Shown here: piece after piece, positions 1-10,431 of the stretch | Layout: each line of letters begins with the position of its first letter | Position numbering within the stretch: the stretch's first letter is position 1 | Source of the DNA: an uncultured Alphaproteobacteria bacterium | GTDB lineage: Bacteria > Pseudomonadota > Alphaproteobacteria > RF32 > CAG-239 | Length of the DNA: 64,000 bases | Direction of reading: 5' to 3' | NCBI GenBank assembly: GCA_944391715.1 | Contig: CALXUP010000005.1 | Coordinates: 4,277 to 68,276, forward strand | The notes under the pieces: generated by a model | What the model was told of the DNA's origin: nothing | Seen by the model: only the letters and a program-made list of their open reading frames with translations | Databases searched by the model: none | Translations under genes and position numbers: made by a program

Positions 1-253
1 TGAGAGCGCGGAAGATGTGTTGACCGTGCCGGTTACTGCGTTGAAAAAAGAAGGAGACGAGACTTATGTGGAGGTTCTTACCCCGCACGGCATTATGAAA
101 TGTTCCGTAACAACCGGTGTTTCCGACGGGATGAATGTGGAAGTTACAAACGGCGTGGCCGAAGGGGACGAGGTGATTATTGCCGCCATGACATCGGATG
201 AAATTTCGGATATGGCATCTAATGCCCGGGGAGCAAGACGGAGAGGTTTCTAA
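1..253 (+). CDS. Partial C-terminal end of a periplasmic adaptor (membrane fusion) protein, MacA-like; truncated at the window start
   Basis: ORF runs off the window start and stops 1 nt before the macB ATG; position and beta-rich C-terminus fit an MFP upstream of MacB. Confidence 0.4.
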   Translation, partial: ESAEDVLTVPVTALKKEGDETYVEVLTPHGIMKCSVTTGVSDGMNVEVTNGVAEGDEVIIAAMTSDEISDMASNARGARRRGF

Positions 254-254
254 G

Positions 255-2195
255 ATGAATATTCTCGAGCTGCAGAACATCAACAAATTTTTCGGACAGG
301 GAGCGAATCGCGTTCATGTGTTAAAGGGCATAAACCTGACAGTTGAAAAAGGCGATTTTGTGGCCATTATCGGGCAATCCGGCTCCGGAAAATCGACCTT
401 AATGAATATTATCGGCTGCCTTGATACTCCGACATCCGGCTCTTACCGTATTAACGGCATTGAGGCCGGGAAAATGGATCGCGACCAACTGGCCGAACTG
501 CGCAGCCGAACTTTTGGCTTTATTTTTCAGCGTTACAATCTGCTCACCAGTCTAAACGCTCGTGAAAACGCCGCCCTGCCTGCTATCTATTTGGGGATGG
601 GCGCGGAAGAACGGACGCAAAGGGCAGTTGAACTCTTAAAACGTCTTGAACTCGGCAACAAACTCCGTAACAAGCCAAACGAACTTTCCGGCGGTCAACA
701 ACAACGCGTGAGTATTGCCCGTGCTTTGATGAACGGCGGGGAGATTATTCTGGCGGACGAACCGACCGGTGCCCTGGACTCAAAAAGCGGCGAAATGGTG
801 ATGGAGATTATTAAGGGACTGCACAAGCAGGGACATACCATTATTCTGGTTACGCATGACAGCAAAATTGCCGCCCAGGCCAGCCGGATTATTGAGATTA
901 AAGACGGCGAAATTGTTTCGGACGAGAGAAAAACTTCTGATTTTTATAAGATTGAAGAAGAAGTCAGAAAATTTAAGCGGAGTAAACTGGAAACTTTTAA
1001 ATACCGCTTTGCCGAATCGTTCAGTATGTCTATCCACGCCATTTTGGCAAACAAAATGCGCTCGTTGCTGACGATGCTCGGCATTATTATCGGTATTGCC
1101 TCGGTGGTTTCGGTCGTGGCGCTCGGTAATGCCTCACAGGCCAAGATTATGGAACAGATCAACTCCATGGGAACAAACACCATCGACATTATGCCCGGAA
1201 GCGGTTTTGGTGATATGCGATCCGGTAAAGTTAAAACACTGAAGGTCAGCGACTCGGACTATTTGAGTAAGCAGGGTTTTATTGATAATTCCACGCCCAG
1301 CGTTTCCGGCAGCGGCACGCTTGTTTACGGCAATACGTCTTCAACGGCACAGCTGAAAGGCGTCGGCGCGTCTTTCTTTGATGTCAAAGGACACAAAATT
1401 GCCCTCGGCCGGATTTTTACACAAGACGAGGTAAACAATATTGCCTCTGTCGTCGTGATTGACCATAACACAAAAAAAGAGGTGTTTGCCGACAATCCCA
1501 ATCCTATTGGCGAAATTGTCATTTTTAACAAAAAACCTTTGAAAATCATCGGTGTAACGGAAGAGGAAAATAACCCCGGCCCCCGGGCTGACGCGATGAA
1601 CCTCTGGGTGCCTTATACAACAGCAATGTATAAAATCAACGGCAGTACAGATATTAATACCATTACGGTCAAAATTTCGGATAAGGTTAATTCTCAGGTG
1701 GCGGAAACGAGTATTGAAAATATCCTAACGTCGCTGCACGGCAAAAAAGACTTTTTTATGATTAACAGCGACAGCATTAAGCAAACTGTTGAAAGCGCCA
1801 CCAATACCATGAAATTTCTGATTGCCAGCATTGCGGTTATTTCCCTGATTGTCGGCGGTATCGGCGTGATGAACATTATGCTGGTTTCGGTTACCGAACG
1901 GACGAGGGAGATCGGCATCCGAATGGCCATCGGCGCCAAGCAGGCTGACATTTTGCAACAGTTTCTGATTGAGGCGATTTTAATCTGCCTGGTCGGCGGC
2001 TTTATGGGAGTGGCGTTATCTTTGCTTATCGGCTTTGGCTTTAACACTTTTTCCGAAGAGTTCGGAATGATTTTTTCAACCGCCTCAATCGTGCTGGCTT
2101 TGGTCTGCTCGACGGGTATCGGAATCGTTTTTGGATATATGCCGGCGAAAAACGCTTCCAACCTTAATCCGATTGACGCTTTAGCGAGTGAATAA
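255..2195 (+). CDS. macB: MacB-type ABC transporter with fused ATPase and permease (macrolide/peptide export family)
   Basis: Walker A GQSGSGKST, ABC signature LSGGQQQRV, Walker B ILADEPTGALD, then a large periplasmic domain and C-terminal FtsX-like TM helices; start taken at MNILELQNINKFF. Confidence 0.85.
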   Translation: MNILELQNINKFFGQGANRVHVLKGINLTVEKGDFVAIIGQSGSGKSTLMNIIGCLDTPTSGSYRINGIEAGKMDRDQLAELRSRTFGFIFQRYNLLTSLNARENAALPAIYLGMGAEERTQRAVELLKRLELGNKLRNKPNELSGGQQQRVSIARALMNGGEIILADEPTGALDSKSGEMVMEIIKGLHKQGHTIILVTHDSKIAAQASRIIEIKDGEIVSDERKTSDFYKIEEEVRKFKRSKLETFKYRFAESFSMSIHAILANKMRSLLTMLGIIIGIASVVSVVALGNASQAKIMEQINSMGTNTIDIMPGSGFGDMRSGKVKTLKVSDSDYLSKQGFIDNSTPSVSGSGTLVYGNTSSTAQLKGVGASFFDVKGHKIALGRIFTQDEVNNIASVVVIDHNTKKEVFADNPNPIGEIVIFNKKPLKIIGVTEEENNPGPRADAMNLWVPYTTAMYKINGSTDINTITVKISDKVNSQVAETSIENILTSLHGKKDFFMINSDSIKQTVESATNTMKFLIASIAVISLIVGGIGVMNIMLVSVTERTREIGIRMAIGAKQADILQQFLIEAILICLVGGFMGVALSLLIGFGFNTFSEEFGMIFSTASIVLALVCSTGIGIVFGYMPAKNASNLNPIDALASE

Positions 2196-3558
2196 GATGA
2201 AGAAAAATATGTTTAACATACTGCTTTTTACAACTACGTTGCTGGTTTCGGGCTGCGCGACGGTTTCGCCTTACCCCTCCGACACGGCGGATGAGCTTAA
2301 TTATACCCGGGAAGTGCGGGAAAAATACAAGGCCAACGCTGACTGGTGGAAAGAATATGGCAGCAGCGAGCTCAACCGACTGGTCGATTTGGCTTTGGCG
2401 AACAATCCGGATTATCTGAAGGCCGCCATTAACATCAATAAAGAACTTTATAACTTAAACATTACAACGGCAGACCTGTTTCCGACGCTTTCCGGAAATT
2501 TAAACACTTCTTCCCAACGGCGGATTGATACCGGAGACAATTTTTCAAACAGCTTTTCCGGAGAGGCCGGGCTGAGTTATGAACTCGACCTTTACGGCAA
2601 AATCAGAAAACTGCAATCCGCGCAGGAATTTGAATATCAGGCCACAATCATGGACAAGGAAACGGCGCGGCTGAGCCTGATTAACAGCGTTGTCGACCTG
2701 TATTTTAATCTGGAATATCTGCAAAATACCATTGATGTTACCAAGAAGAACATCAAGGCTTATGAAGACATTCGCAATATTACCGAGGCAAAATACAAAA
2801 ACGGCAAGGCTGATGATTTGGAATTTCTGGAATCCAAGCAGAGTCTTTTATCCGAGCAAAACCGCCTGCTGGAGCTGGAAACCCAGTTCAAAGAGATGGA
2901 AACGAGCCTGAAAAATATTTTGAATATCCGGCAGGAAGAGCCGCTTGAGATCAAATTCAGCGATATTCTTGACCAGAAAACGCTCGGCGTCAACCTTGAT
3001 GTTCCGCTTTCGGTTCTGGCAAACCGTCCTGACCTGCTGGCCAGCCAGTATCGTTTGGAAAAGGCTTTTAAAAATCTGGAAGCCGAAAATACAAACTGGT
3101 ATCCGGGTATCTCTTTGCGTGGGGCTTTAGGTTCTTCTTCCGACAAAGCGCGCACGACGTTTGAATTTCCGTATATTTTGGGAAGCGTAGCGATTGACCT
3201 GCCGTTTTTGGACTGGACGCGCGTGAAAAACAACATTAAAATTTCGGAAGCGGATTATCAGATTGCGGCCATTGATTTTAAAGACACGCTCAATCAGGCC
3301 GTTAACGAGGTGGCTTATTATTACTTTGCTTACGGCAAAGCCACGGAAAGTTTTGATAATATTCAGGAAAATTATCAGAATTCTGTTAAAATTACCCAAT
3401 ATTACAAAGACCGCTATAATAACGGCAAGACGGAGTTTCGCGACTATCTGCAGGCCATTTACAGCGAAAATTCCCTCCGGAAAAACCTGATTCAGCAAAA
3501 GTATCAGATTATCAATTACGAGAACTACGTTTACAAAGCCATGGCCGGGAAGTATTAA
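2188..3558 (+). CDS. Outer membrane efflux protein (TolC/NodT family) partner of MacAB
   Basis: Lipoprotein-like N-terminus (LLVSGCA); two OEP-type repeats; 8-nt overlap with the macB 3' end. Confidence 0.8.
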   Translation: MNKMKKNMFNILLFTTTLLVSGCATVSPYPSDTADELNYTREVREKYKANADWWKEYGSSELNRLVDLALANNPDYLKAAININKELYNLNITTADLFPTLSGNLNTSSQRRIDTGDNFSNSFSGEAGLSYELDLYGKIRKLQSAQEFEYQATIMDKETARLSLINSVVDLYFNLEYLQNTIDVTKKNIKAYEDIRNITEAKYKNGKADDLEFLESKQSLLSEQNRLLELETQFKEMETSLKNILNIRQEEPLEIKFSDILDQKTLGVNLDVPLSVLANRPDLLASQYRLEKAFKNLEAENTNWYPGISLRGALGSSSDKARTTFEFPYILGSVAIDLPFLDWTRVKNNIKISEADYQIAAIDFKDTLNQAVNEVAYYYFAYGKATESFDNIQENYQNSVKITQYYKDRYNNGKTEFRDYLQAIYSENSLRKNLIQQKYQIINYENYVYKAMAGKY

Positions 3559-3584
3559 GTTTTTTGGTTAGCGGCAGTAAAACA

Positions 3585-3620
3585 AAACCCCGCGGGATAA
3601 AAGCCACGGGGTTTGGACTT
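3585..3620. terminator. Bidirectional hairpin terminator between the OMF gene and rplS
   Basis: aaccccg...cggggtt stem with flanking T/A runs, between convergent genes. Confidence 0.4.
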
Positions 3621-3636
3621 GTAAGATAACAAAAAA

Positions 3637-4038
3637 TTATTTGCTTTCTTCTTTTGCAGCTTCGCGAGCTTTGGCTGCAGCAACCAGATCGTCCGCAATA
3701 CGGGCAGAACGGCCGCGCAGAGCACGCAGGAAGTACAGTTTTGCACGGCGAACTTTACCAATGCGTTCAACTTCAATCTTGGCAACGTTCGGAGAATACA
3801 GCGGGAATACACGTTCTACGCCTTCACCGAAAGAAATTTTTCTAACCGTGAAAGAAGAATTCAACCCGTCATTCTTACGAGCAATGCAGACGCCTTCGTA
3901 AATCTGAATACGTTCACGGTCACCTTCTTTTACTTTGGTGTGAACTTTCAGCGTGTCGCCAGGCTTAAAACTCGGAACGTTTTTTCCTTCCATGAGCTTG
4001 CTGATCTGCTCTTTTTCAATATTTTCAATTATGTTCAT
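3637..4038 (-). CDS. rplS: 50S ribosomal protein L19 with an Ala/Lys-rich C-terminal extension
   Basis: Start [12 protein letters not shown]; L19 core motifs; conserved rpsP-rimM-trmD-rplS order. Confidence 0.9.
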   Translation of the reverse strand: MNIIENIEKEQISKLMEGKNVPSFKPGDTLKVHTKVKEGDRERIQIYEGVCIARKNDGLNSSFTVRKISFGEGVERVFPLYSPNVAKIEVERIGKVRRAKLYFLRALRGRSARIADDLVAAAKAREAAKEESK

Positions 4039-4077
4039 AAGTTTTACCCTTTTTATAAAATTTTCTTATGTATATAC

Positions 4078-4767
4078 CTAAGGCCGCTTAAAATCAAGAT
4101 ATTTTTTCATTAAGTCCGGCCGTCTCCGTTCGGTTATTTCCAAAGACTGCGCTTTTCGCCATTTGGCAATGTTTTCATGATGGCCGCTCAGCAGAATTTC
4201 CGGAACTTCCCTGCCCTCCCAGACAACCGGGCGGGTATATTGGTCGTGCTCCAACAAAAAATTCTCAAAGCTTTCATCTTCCAGGGAACTGCTGTTGCCC
4301 AACACGCCGGGCAGCAGACGGACAACCGCATCAAGCATTATCTGTGCGGCCTGTTCGCCGCCGGTCAGGATATAATCCCCGATGCTGATTTCCTCAATTT
4401 CATAAGCATCAAGCACTCTTTGGTCAACCCCTTCAAAACGGCCGCAGACAACCGTTATCTCGTCCTCTTTGCTCAGCTCTTTTACCAGCTGTTGGGTCAG
4501 AGGCCGGCCGCGCGGGCTCATATAAATAATCCGGCCTTTTGTATGGTTGGCCTTTATGGCCGCACCCAAAACATCGGGACGCATTATCATTCCGGCACCG
4601 CCGCCGCAGGGCGTATCGTCAACCGAGCCATGCTTGTCAAAAGCATAATCCCTGATGTTGACCGTTTCCAAAGACCAGATGCCTTCTTTTAAGGCCCGGC
4701 CGGTTAACGAATAACCAAGAAATCCGGGGAAAATTTCCGGAAAAATGGTTAAAACCTTAACCTTCAT
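4078..4767 (-). CDS. trmD: tRNA (guanine37-N1)-methyltransferase
   Basis: Start MKVKVLTIFPEIF; SPOUT/TrmD motifs; operon context. Confidence 0.9.
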   Translation of the reverse strand: MKVKVLTIFPEIFPGFLGYSLTGRALKEGIWSLETVNIRDYAFDKHGSVDDTPCGGGAGMIMRPDVLGAAIKANHTKGRIIYMSPRGRPLTQQLVKELSKEDEITVVCGRFEGVDQRVLDAYEIEEISIGDYILTGGEQAAQIMLDAVVRLLPGVLGNSSSLEDESFENFLLEHDQYTRPVVWEGREVPEILLSGHHENIAKWRKAQSLEITERRRPDLMKKYLDFKRP

Positions 4768-5308
4768 CGCTCTCTCCGCTTTCGGGAGCAAAGCTCATTT
4801 CCCTGATAATAATAAACCCATCTTTGATATTGATTTGCGGAACATACTGCTTGTTAAACGGCAGCATTTCCAGCTTTGCGGTTTTATTCACTTTGATTTC
4901 AATAATGTCATTGGCGCCAAAGTTATATAAAGCCGCCACTTTGCCGATAACCTCGGAAGAACCTTCTTCTTTAACATCCAGACCAATCAGATCCGTGTGA
5001 TAGAACTCGTCTTCTTCCAGCTCCGGCAAGGCGCTGCGTTCTATGTAAAGCTCCGTCCCCTTTAAGGCTTCGGCCGCATTACGATCATCGCAGCCCTGAA
5101 TTTTAACGCGCAAATCGTCTTTGGCTTTGCCGGTGATTTTCAAAACAAATTTACGGGAAGCGTTTTTGTCTTCCAGCGGGCCATAAGCCGTGAGGCTGCG
5201 GCAGTCTTCGGCAAAGCATCTGACTTTGACTTCGCCGCGGATGCCGTGCGCTCCGCTGATTATTCCCAGACAAACCCGTTCCGACATTTTGAAAACCTTA
5301 TCCTGCAA
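4757..5308 (-). CDS. rimM: Ribosome maturation factor RimM
   Basis: RimM N-terminal beta-barrel motif GxHGIRGEVKV; the start may be the internal Met MSERVCLGII. Confidence 0.8.
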   Translation of the reverse strand: MQDKVFKMSERVCLGIISGAHGIRGEVKVRCFAEDCRSLTAYGPLEDKNASRKFVLKITGKAKDDLRVKIQGCDDRNAAEALKGTELYIERSALPELEEDEFYHTDLIGLDVKEEGSSEVIGKVAALYNFGANDIIEIKVNKTAKLEMLPFNKQYVPQINIKDGFIIIREMSFAPESGESDEG

Positions 5309-5322
5309 AATCCAAACGGTAC

Positions 5323-5724
5323 TTATTCGGCAGATGCCTCAGAAGAAGATTCAGCGGCAGCGGCTGCAGCAGCTTCGGCTGCGGCTTTGGCTTTTTCTTC
5401 TTTTTCTTTAATTCTCTCAAGAGCCTTGGCTTTCGGAGCAGATTTCTTCGGCTGATTGTTGATTTTCGGAGCTGCGCAAAGGCCAAGCTTCGAGAACATT
5501 TTAGCCAGTCTTTCGGTCGGAGTTGCACCTTTGGCAATCCAAGCCTTTACTTTTTCGCTGTCAACAACGAGTCTTTCAGCGTGATCCTGCGGCAACATCG
5601 GATTGTATGTGCCGAGTTTTTCAATAAATCTACCGTCGCGGGGAGCTCTCTGGTCAGCTGCTACAATACGGTAGAACGGACGTTTTTTAGAACCACCACG
5701 AGATAGTCTGATACGTACTGCCAT
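5323..5724 (-). CDS. rpsP: 30S ribosomal protein S16 with a long Ala/Lys/Glu-rich C-terminal tail
   Basis: Start [21 protein letters not shown]; 133 aa against about 82 aa typical. Confidence 0.85.
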   Translation of the reverse strand: MAVRIRLSRGGSKKRPFYRIVAADQRAPRDGRFIEKLGTYNPMLPQDHAERLVVDSEKVKAWIAKGATPTERLAKMFSKLGLCAAPKINNQPKKSAPKAKALERIKEKEEKAKAAAEAAAAAAAESSSEASAE

Positions 5725-5782
5725 TTTTATTTTTTCCTTTCTTTGCGTTTCTTCAAACGCGGTTAGTTAAATAAAACTTCCG

Positions 5783-7168
5783 TTAAAACGGAAATTTCGG
5801 GTTTTGTCCGCCCGGCAAGCCGCCGAACGGTCCTTTTTTCATAAACCGGGAAGCCAGAGCGCCCATACCGCCCATTTTTCCCATTCTCTTCATCATCGTC
5901 GACATCTGCTCATATGATTTGAGCAACTTGTTGACTTCATGAACTTCTACGCCGGAACCCGCCGCGATCCTTTTTTTGCGGGAGGCTTTGATAATGTCGG
6001 GATTTCTTCTTTCCGCTTTGGTCATGGAAAGAATAATCGCCTCTTGTTTTTTAATCAGATTATCGCCGCCGGCGTTCTCAATCTGATTTTTAAACCCGGA
6101 AAGCCCCGGCATCATGCCGATAAGGCCGCCCAAACTTCCCAGCTTTTGAATCTGCCGAAGCTGAGAGAGCATATCTTCCAGGTCAAACTTGCCTTTGAGC
6201 ATTTTCTGCGCCATTTTTTCGGCTTCGGTACGGTCAACGTTTTCAATAGCTTTTTCTACCAAAGAAACAACGTCGCCCTGCCCCAAAATCCGCCCGGCCA
6301 GACGCTCGGGATGAAATTCTTCAATCTCGTCAATTTTTTCGCCGGTTCCCAAAAATTTAATCGGTACCCCGGAAACCATCCGCATGGACAATGCCGCACC
6401 GGCCCGGGCCGAACCGTCTATTCTGGTCAGGACAATGCCGGTAAGGCCGACTTTGTCATTAAACTCTTTGGCCACGTTGCAGGCATCTTGTCCGATCATG
6501 GCATCAGCCACCAAAAGGACTTCTGCCGGATTGGAAATTTTTTTAACCTCTACGACCTCGTCCATCAGAGCTTCGTCAATATGCAGACGGCCGGCCGTAT
6601 CAAGAATAATCACGTCATAGCCGCCTTTTTTGCCCTCGTTCAACGCCCTTTTGGCAATCTCCGCCGTTTTTTCGCCTTTGACTATCGGCAGAGATACGAC
6701 GCCGATTTGCGTTGCCAGCTGTGCCAGCTGTTCCTGCGCTGCCGGACGATATATATCCAGCGATGCCAACAAAACTTTTTTACGGCTCTTGTCTTTCAAC
6801 CGTTTGGCAATCTTGCCCGAGGTGGTGGTTTTGCCGGAGCCCTGCAGACCGACCATTAAAATGCAAACCGGCGGAACGGCTTTGAAATTTAAGCCGCAAT
6901 CTTCCGCTCCCAGCAATTTTACCAGTTCGTCATGAACAATCTTGACGACCATCTGCCCCGGCTTGACGGACTTGACAACCTTTTCACCCAAAGCCTCGGC
7001 TTTAACCCGGGCAATAAAATCTTTAACAACCGGCAGCGAGACATCTGCTTCCAGCAAAGCGACGCGAATGTCGCGCATGGCTTCGTCAATGTCTTTTTCA
7101 TTCAAGACGCCCCGTGAGGTTATCTTGGAAAAAGCAGCGTTTAATTTATCCGTTAAAGCGTCAAACAC
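5783..7168 (-). CDS. ffh: Signal recognition particle protein Ffh
   Basis: N, G (GLQGSGKTT, DTAGR) and Met-rich M domains. Confidence 0.9.
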   Translation of the reverse strand: MFDALTDKLNAAFSKITSRGVLNEKDIDEAMRDIRVALLEADVSLPVVKDFIARVKAEALGEKVVKSVKPGQMVVKIVHDELVKLLGAEDCGLNFKAVPPVCILMVGLQGSGKTTTSGKIAKRLKDKSRKKVLLASLDIYRPAAQEQLAQLATQIGVVSLPIVKGEKTAEIAKRALNEGKKGGYDVIILDTAGRLHIDEALMDEVVEVKKISNPAEVLLVADAMIGQDACNVAKEFNDKVGLTGIVLTRIDGSARAGAALSMRMVSGVPIKFLGTGEKIDEIEEFHPERLAGRILGQGDVVSLVEKAIENVDRTEAEKMAQKMLKGKFDLEDMLSQLRQIQKLGSLGGLIGMMPGLSGFKNQIENAGGDNLIKKQEAIILSMTKAERRNPDIIKASRKKRIAAGSGVEVHEVNKLLKSYEQMSTMMKRMGKMGGMGALASRFMKKGPFGGLPGGQNPKFPF

Positions 7169-7516
7169 TTTTGTTCCTTTGCCTACATACTATTGCACAC
7201 CCGGCGGGTGAGGCATCAATGCCAACTTTCTGCCCCGAGGACCGCAATGCTCCGGCACATTCTTTGAAAAATCATGTGCCTACATACTATTGCACGCCAG
7301 TGTGCGAACCCTCGCTGACTGGCGGCACTCCTCGGAGTGTTATCAAAAATTCCATACCTTTAAAAGGAGAAATCTGTTTATATTTATGCGCTTTATAGCC
7401 GGTTAATCTGCAACTGTCAAGCAGAAAATGCCTTTGAAATCAAGATATGCCACCTTGATACTTTGCAGGCAAGACATATTTATAAGCAAAAGAACACCGG
7501 ATGGAAAGGAAGCAAG

Positions 7517-9151
7517 ATGAAAGTCGTAATTATCGGGGGCGGAACGGCCGGACTTGCCACAGCCACAAAACTGCGCCGGCTGGATGAAAATGCCGAAATC
7601 GTCATTTTGGAAAAATCTGCCGAGTTTGCCGTGTCAAACTGTGCGCTGCCTTATTATCTTTCCGGCCAGATTGCCCGGCGCGAGAACCTTATCGGGATTT
7701 CGGCCGAGGGGGTGAAAAGCCGCTATAATATTACCGTGCGGACAAATTGCGAGGTTATTGACATTGACCGACAGGAAAAAACGCTCAAACTTGCCGGTAA
7801 AGACGATGAACCTTATGATAAACTGGTCATTGCCACCGGAGCGGTGCAGCTGCGTCCGGATATTGCCGGTATTCTTTCGGAAAAAGTCTTTACCATAAAA
7901 TCTTTAGGCTCCATTGATAAAATCAAAGACTTTATAGAATATAACAAGCCGGGGCGCGCCGTTATTCTCGGCGGCGGGTTTATCGGGATTGAAACCGCCG
8001 AAGCCCTTGCCCGTCTCGGGATTAAAATTTTAATTATCGAGGCAGAAAATCATATTCTGCCGTTTCTGGATGCCGATACGGCTGCTCCGGTTCAGCAAGA
8101 GGCGGAACGACACAGCATCAAAGTTTTTACCGGAGACAGCATTGTTTCGTTCGGCGACGAGGACATCCGGCTCAGCAACGGCAGCCGCCTGAAATATGAT
8201 ATGGCTGTTGTTGCAACCGGCGTTCGTCCGGATGTTAAGCTTCCGGTTCTGGCTGGCATTGAGCTTGGCGATAACGGCGGGATTGCCGTTAACGAGCAAA
8301 TGCAGACAAGCGACGGCAATATTTATGCCGTGGGCGACACCGTCGAAATCGGCAATTTAACGACCGGGCAAAAAGAATTGCGCTATAATGCCAGTCTCAG
8401 CATTAAAGAAGCAGCCTGTGCCGCGGCAGCCCTGGCCGGAAAAAAATGTCGTTTTTCGCCGATTGCCGGAACATCCGTTACGCCGGTATTTGACTTGACG
8501 GCGGCCTCTGCCGGCTGTAACGAGGCTCTTTTGCAAAAATCCGGCATTGCCTATAAAAAATTGCACCTTTGGAGCAGAACATCTTCCCCGCAGATGGACG
8601 ACGCGTCAGAAATCCTGCTCAAGCTTTTGTTTGCCGAAAACGGCAAGATCCTCGGACTGCAAGGGGTTGGAAAATACGGCGTGGACAAACGGATTGACGT
8701 GGCGGCACAAATCATCAGAAAGCAAGGGGATTTTGCCGATTTGGAAAACGTCGAGATTGCTTATGCCCCGGCTTATGCCTCTGCTTTTGACGCCATTAAT
8801 CAACTCGGCTCCCTGGCCGGCAGCGTACTGAACGGTTCGCTCAAGCTGATTATGCCGGAAGAGCTTGATTTTATCAGAGAAAAGGCCATGTTAATTGATA
8901 TCCGCGAGCCGGAAGCCTTTGCCCAAAAACATCTGGACGGCGCCATTAATTTGCCTTTATATGCCATCCGCCAAAATCTGGACAGCATTCCGCATGACAA
9001 GATGGTGATTGTCTACTGTACGCACGGCCGCGGTTCTTATCATGCGGCAATTCTGCTCAAAAACCGCGGATTTGACAATGTATATATGCTTTCCGGCGGG
9101 ATGAAACTTTATGATTTGGTACATGACACATATTTTAACAAGAAAGGATAA
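7517..9151 (+). CDS. CoA-disulfide reductase/NADH oxidase family flavoprotein fused to a C-terminal rhodanese domain
   Basis: Start MKVVIIGGGTAGLA (FAD fold); redox Cys in SNCALPYY; C-terminal rhodanese-like IVYCTHGRGS. Confidence 0.75.
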   Translation: MKVVIIGGGTAGLATATKLRRLDENAEIVILEKSAEFAVSNCALPYYLSGQIARRENLIGISAEGVKSRYNITVRTNCEVIDIDRQEKTLKLAGKDDEPYDKLVIATGAVQLRPDIAGILSEKVFTIKSLGSIDKIKDFIEYNKPGRAVILGGGFIGIETAEALARLGIKILIIEAENHILPFLDADTAAPVQQEAERHSIKVFTGDSIVSFGDEDIRLSNGSRLKYDMAVVATGVRPDVKLPVLAGIELGDNGGIAVNEQMQTSDGNIYAVGDTVEIGNLTTGQKELRYNASLSIKEAACAAAALAGKKCRFSPIAGTSVTPVFDLTAASAGCNEALLQKSGIAYKKLHLWSRTSSPQMDDASEILLKLLFAENGKILGLQGVGKYGVDKRIDVAAQIIRKQGDFADLENVEIAYAPAYASAFDAINQLGSLAGSVLNGSLKLIMPEELDFIREKAMLIDIREPEAFAQKHLDGAINLPLYAIRQNLDSIPHDKMVIVYCTHGRGSYHAAILLKNRGFDNVYMLSGGMKLYDLVHDTYFNKKG

Positions 9152-9155
9152 AAAA

Positions 9156-9455
9156 ATGAAACATCTGTTTTTAATTCTTCCCTTTCTGGCGGCTGCCTGC
9201 GCCAATAATGTGGAAGTTACGCGCGAAACCGAATATAAATGCGGAGAAAAGATTGTTCAAGCCGATTTTCTGGATGACGATTCAATGATTCTGCGGGTTG
9301 ACGGTATAAATAACGTGTTGGTAAAAGTTGCCGCGACCTCGGGAAAACGTTTTGAAAATTCGGCCTCAAAAGTTACTTTTATGCAGCAGAACGGCGACTA
9401 TTATCTTTCCATTTCCGGGCATAATTATCCGGTTTGTCAGGAAATCAGCCGTTAG
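9156..9455 (+). CDS. MliC-like lipoprotein (membrane-bound lysozyme inhibitor family), tentative
   Basis: Signal peptide with lipobox LAAAC; two Cys and SGKRF...NGDYY resembling MliC SGARY...KGDEA motifs; RBS aaggat. Confidence 0.45.
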   Translation: MKHLFLILPFLAAACANNVEVTRETEYKCGEKIVQADFLDDDSMILRVDGINNVLVKVAATSGKRFENSASKVTFMQQNGDYYLSISGHNYPVCQEISR

Positions 9456-9483
9456 CGGGATACAGGAAATTTTATTTTATCCG

Positions 9484-9520
9484 GCGCGCTTGTTACAGGC
9501 GCGCTGTTTTTGCTTATTTG
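9484..9520 (+). terminator. Rho-independent terminator after the MliC-like gene
   Basis: gcgcgc ttgttacag gcgcgc stem followed by tgttttt. Confidence 0.5.
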
Positions 9521-9605
9521 AACAATTTTATAAGAAGAAAAAATGGTTGATTGTGATGAATAATCATCTAAACTAAATTCTGGATAATAAAAAGGAGTTC
9601 AAACA

Positions 9606-10001
9606 ATGAAATTATGGTCAAAAGAAGCTCGTGTATTGGGCGGTATGTATGGTGTTTTAGAAACTCCTTTTTCTTTCTCAGGAGTTGAGCTTATTTCCGA
9701 TGTTGTATTTTTAGCGTTCATCGTTTGCGCAATAATGCTCCTTTTTAATAAAACGCCGGGATTTATTTCTTTTGTTATGAGCAAACATCCGCAAACTGCA
9801 TATTATCTGGCTGCGATTGGCTGGATCCCTTATCTTATGATTATTATCGGTTTTGCGATGATAAGCAGTTATCAGATTTTCGGTTATACTGATGTTGTAT
9901 TGGAACATTTGTTGTTCGGGTTAGCTATTTCAGCGCTTCTTGCCGCCGTTGTTTCTTTGATCGTCGCTTACATCACGGCCAGGAAAAGAATTAAAAAATA
10001 A
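9606..10001 (+). CDS. Small 4-TM membrane protein, unknown function; GC about 37%, lower than its neighbours
   Basis: Strong RBS aaaggag; four hydrophobic helices; AT-rich codon choice (tta, gtt, att) unlike flanking genes. Confidence 0.5.
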   Translation: MKLWSKEARVLGGMYGVLETPFSFSGVELISDVVFLAFIVCAIMLLFNKTPGFISFVMSKHPQTAYYLAAIGWIPYLMIIIGFAMISSYQIFGYTDVVLEHLLFGLAISALLAAVVSLIVAYITARKRIKK

Positions 10002-10056
10002 ATTTGAACTGAGGTTATCTCCGAGTATTTTCCGGAACTTGTATAATCGGATAGTA

Positions 10057-10431
10057 AAAAAACCCTCCATTGGAGGGTAATATATTGGCGCGACCCCAAC
10101 GGATTAGGGACTCCCGCGGGCGGGGCCTCCTTGCGCCGTAAGCCTCGCGCTTCTTAAAATCGCGCTCGTCAACTATCCGCTTCGAACTCTACGAGTTCAA
10201 ATCTCGGAGCTCGCATACTAAAACACCAAAACCCTCCATTGGAGGGTAATATATTGGCGCAACCCCAACGGATTAGGGACTCCCGCGGGCGGGGCCTCCT
10301 TGCGCCGTAAGCCTCGCGCTTCTTAAAATCGCGCTCGTCAACTATCCGCTTCGAACTCTACGAGTTCAAATCTCGGAGCTCGCATACTAAAACACCAAAA
10401 CCCTCCATTGGAGGGTTTTGGTGTTTTAGTG
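10057..10431. repeat. Tandem 169-bp repeats (2.2 copies), each ending in a ccctcc-att-ggaggg hairpin and carrying a segment resembling the tRNA-Glu 3' end
   Basis: Units at 10063, 10232 and 10401 (period 169) are near-identical; tggcgcgaccccaacggatt resembles tRNA-Glu tggcgaccccaacgagatt; the last partial copy forms the perfect hairpin ctaaaacaccaaaaccctcc att ggagggttttggtgttttag. Confidence 0.8.

Noticed and set aside
5939-6859. 306-aa plus-strand ORF inside ffh
   Set aside because: Antisense to a well-supported ffh gene; low-complexity Arg/Phe-rich translation typical of a spurious frame in GC-rich coding DNA.
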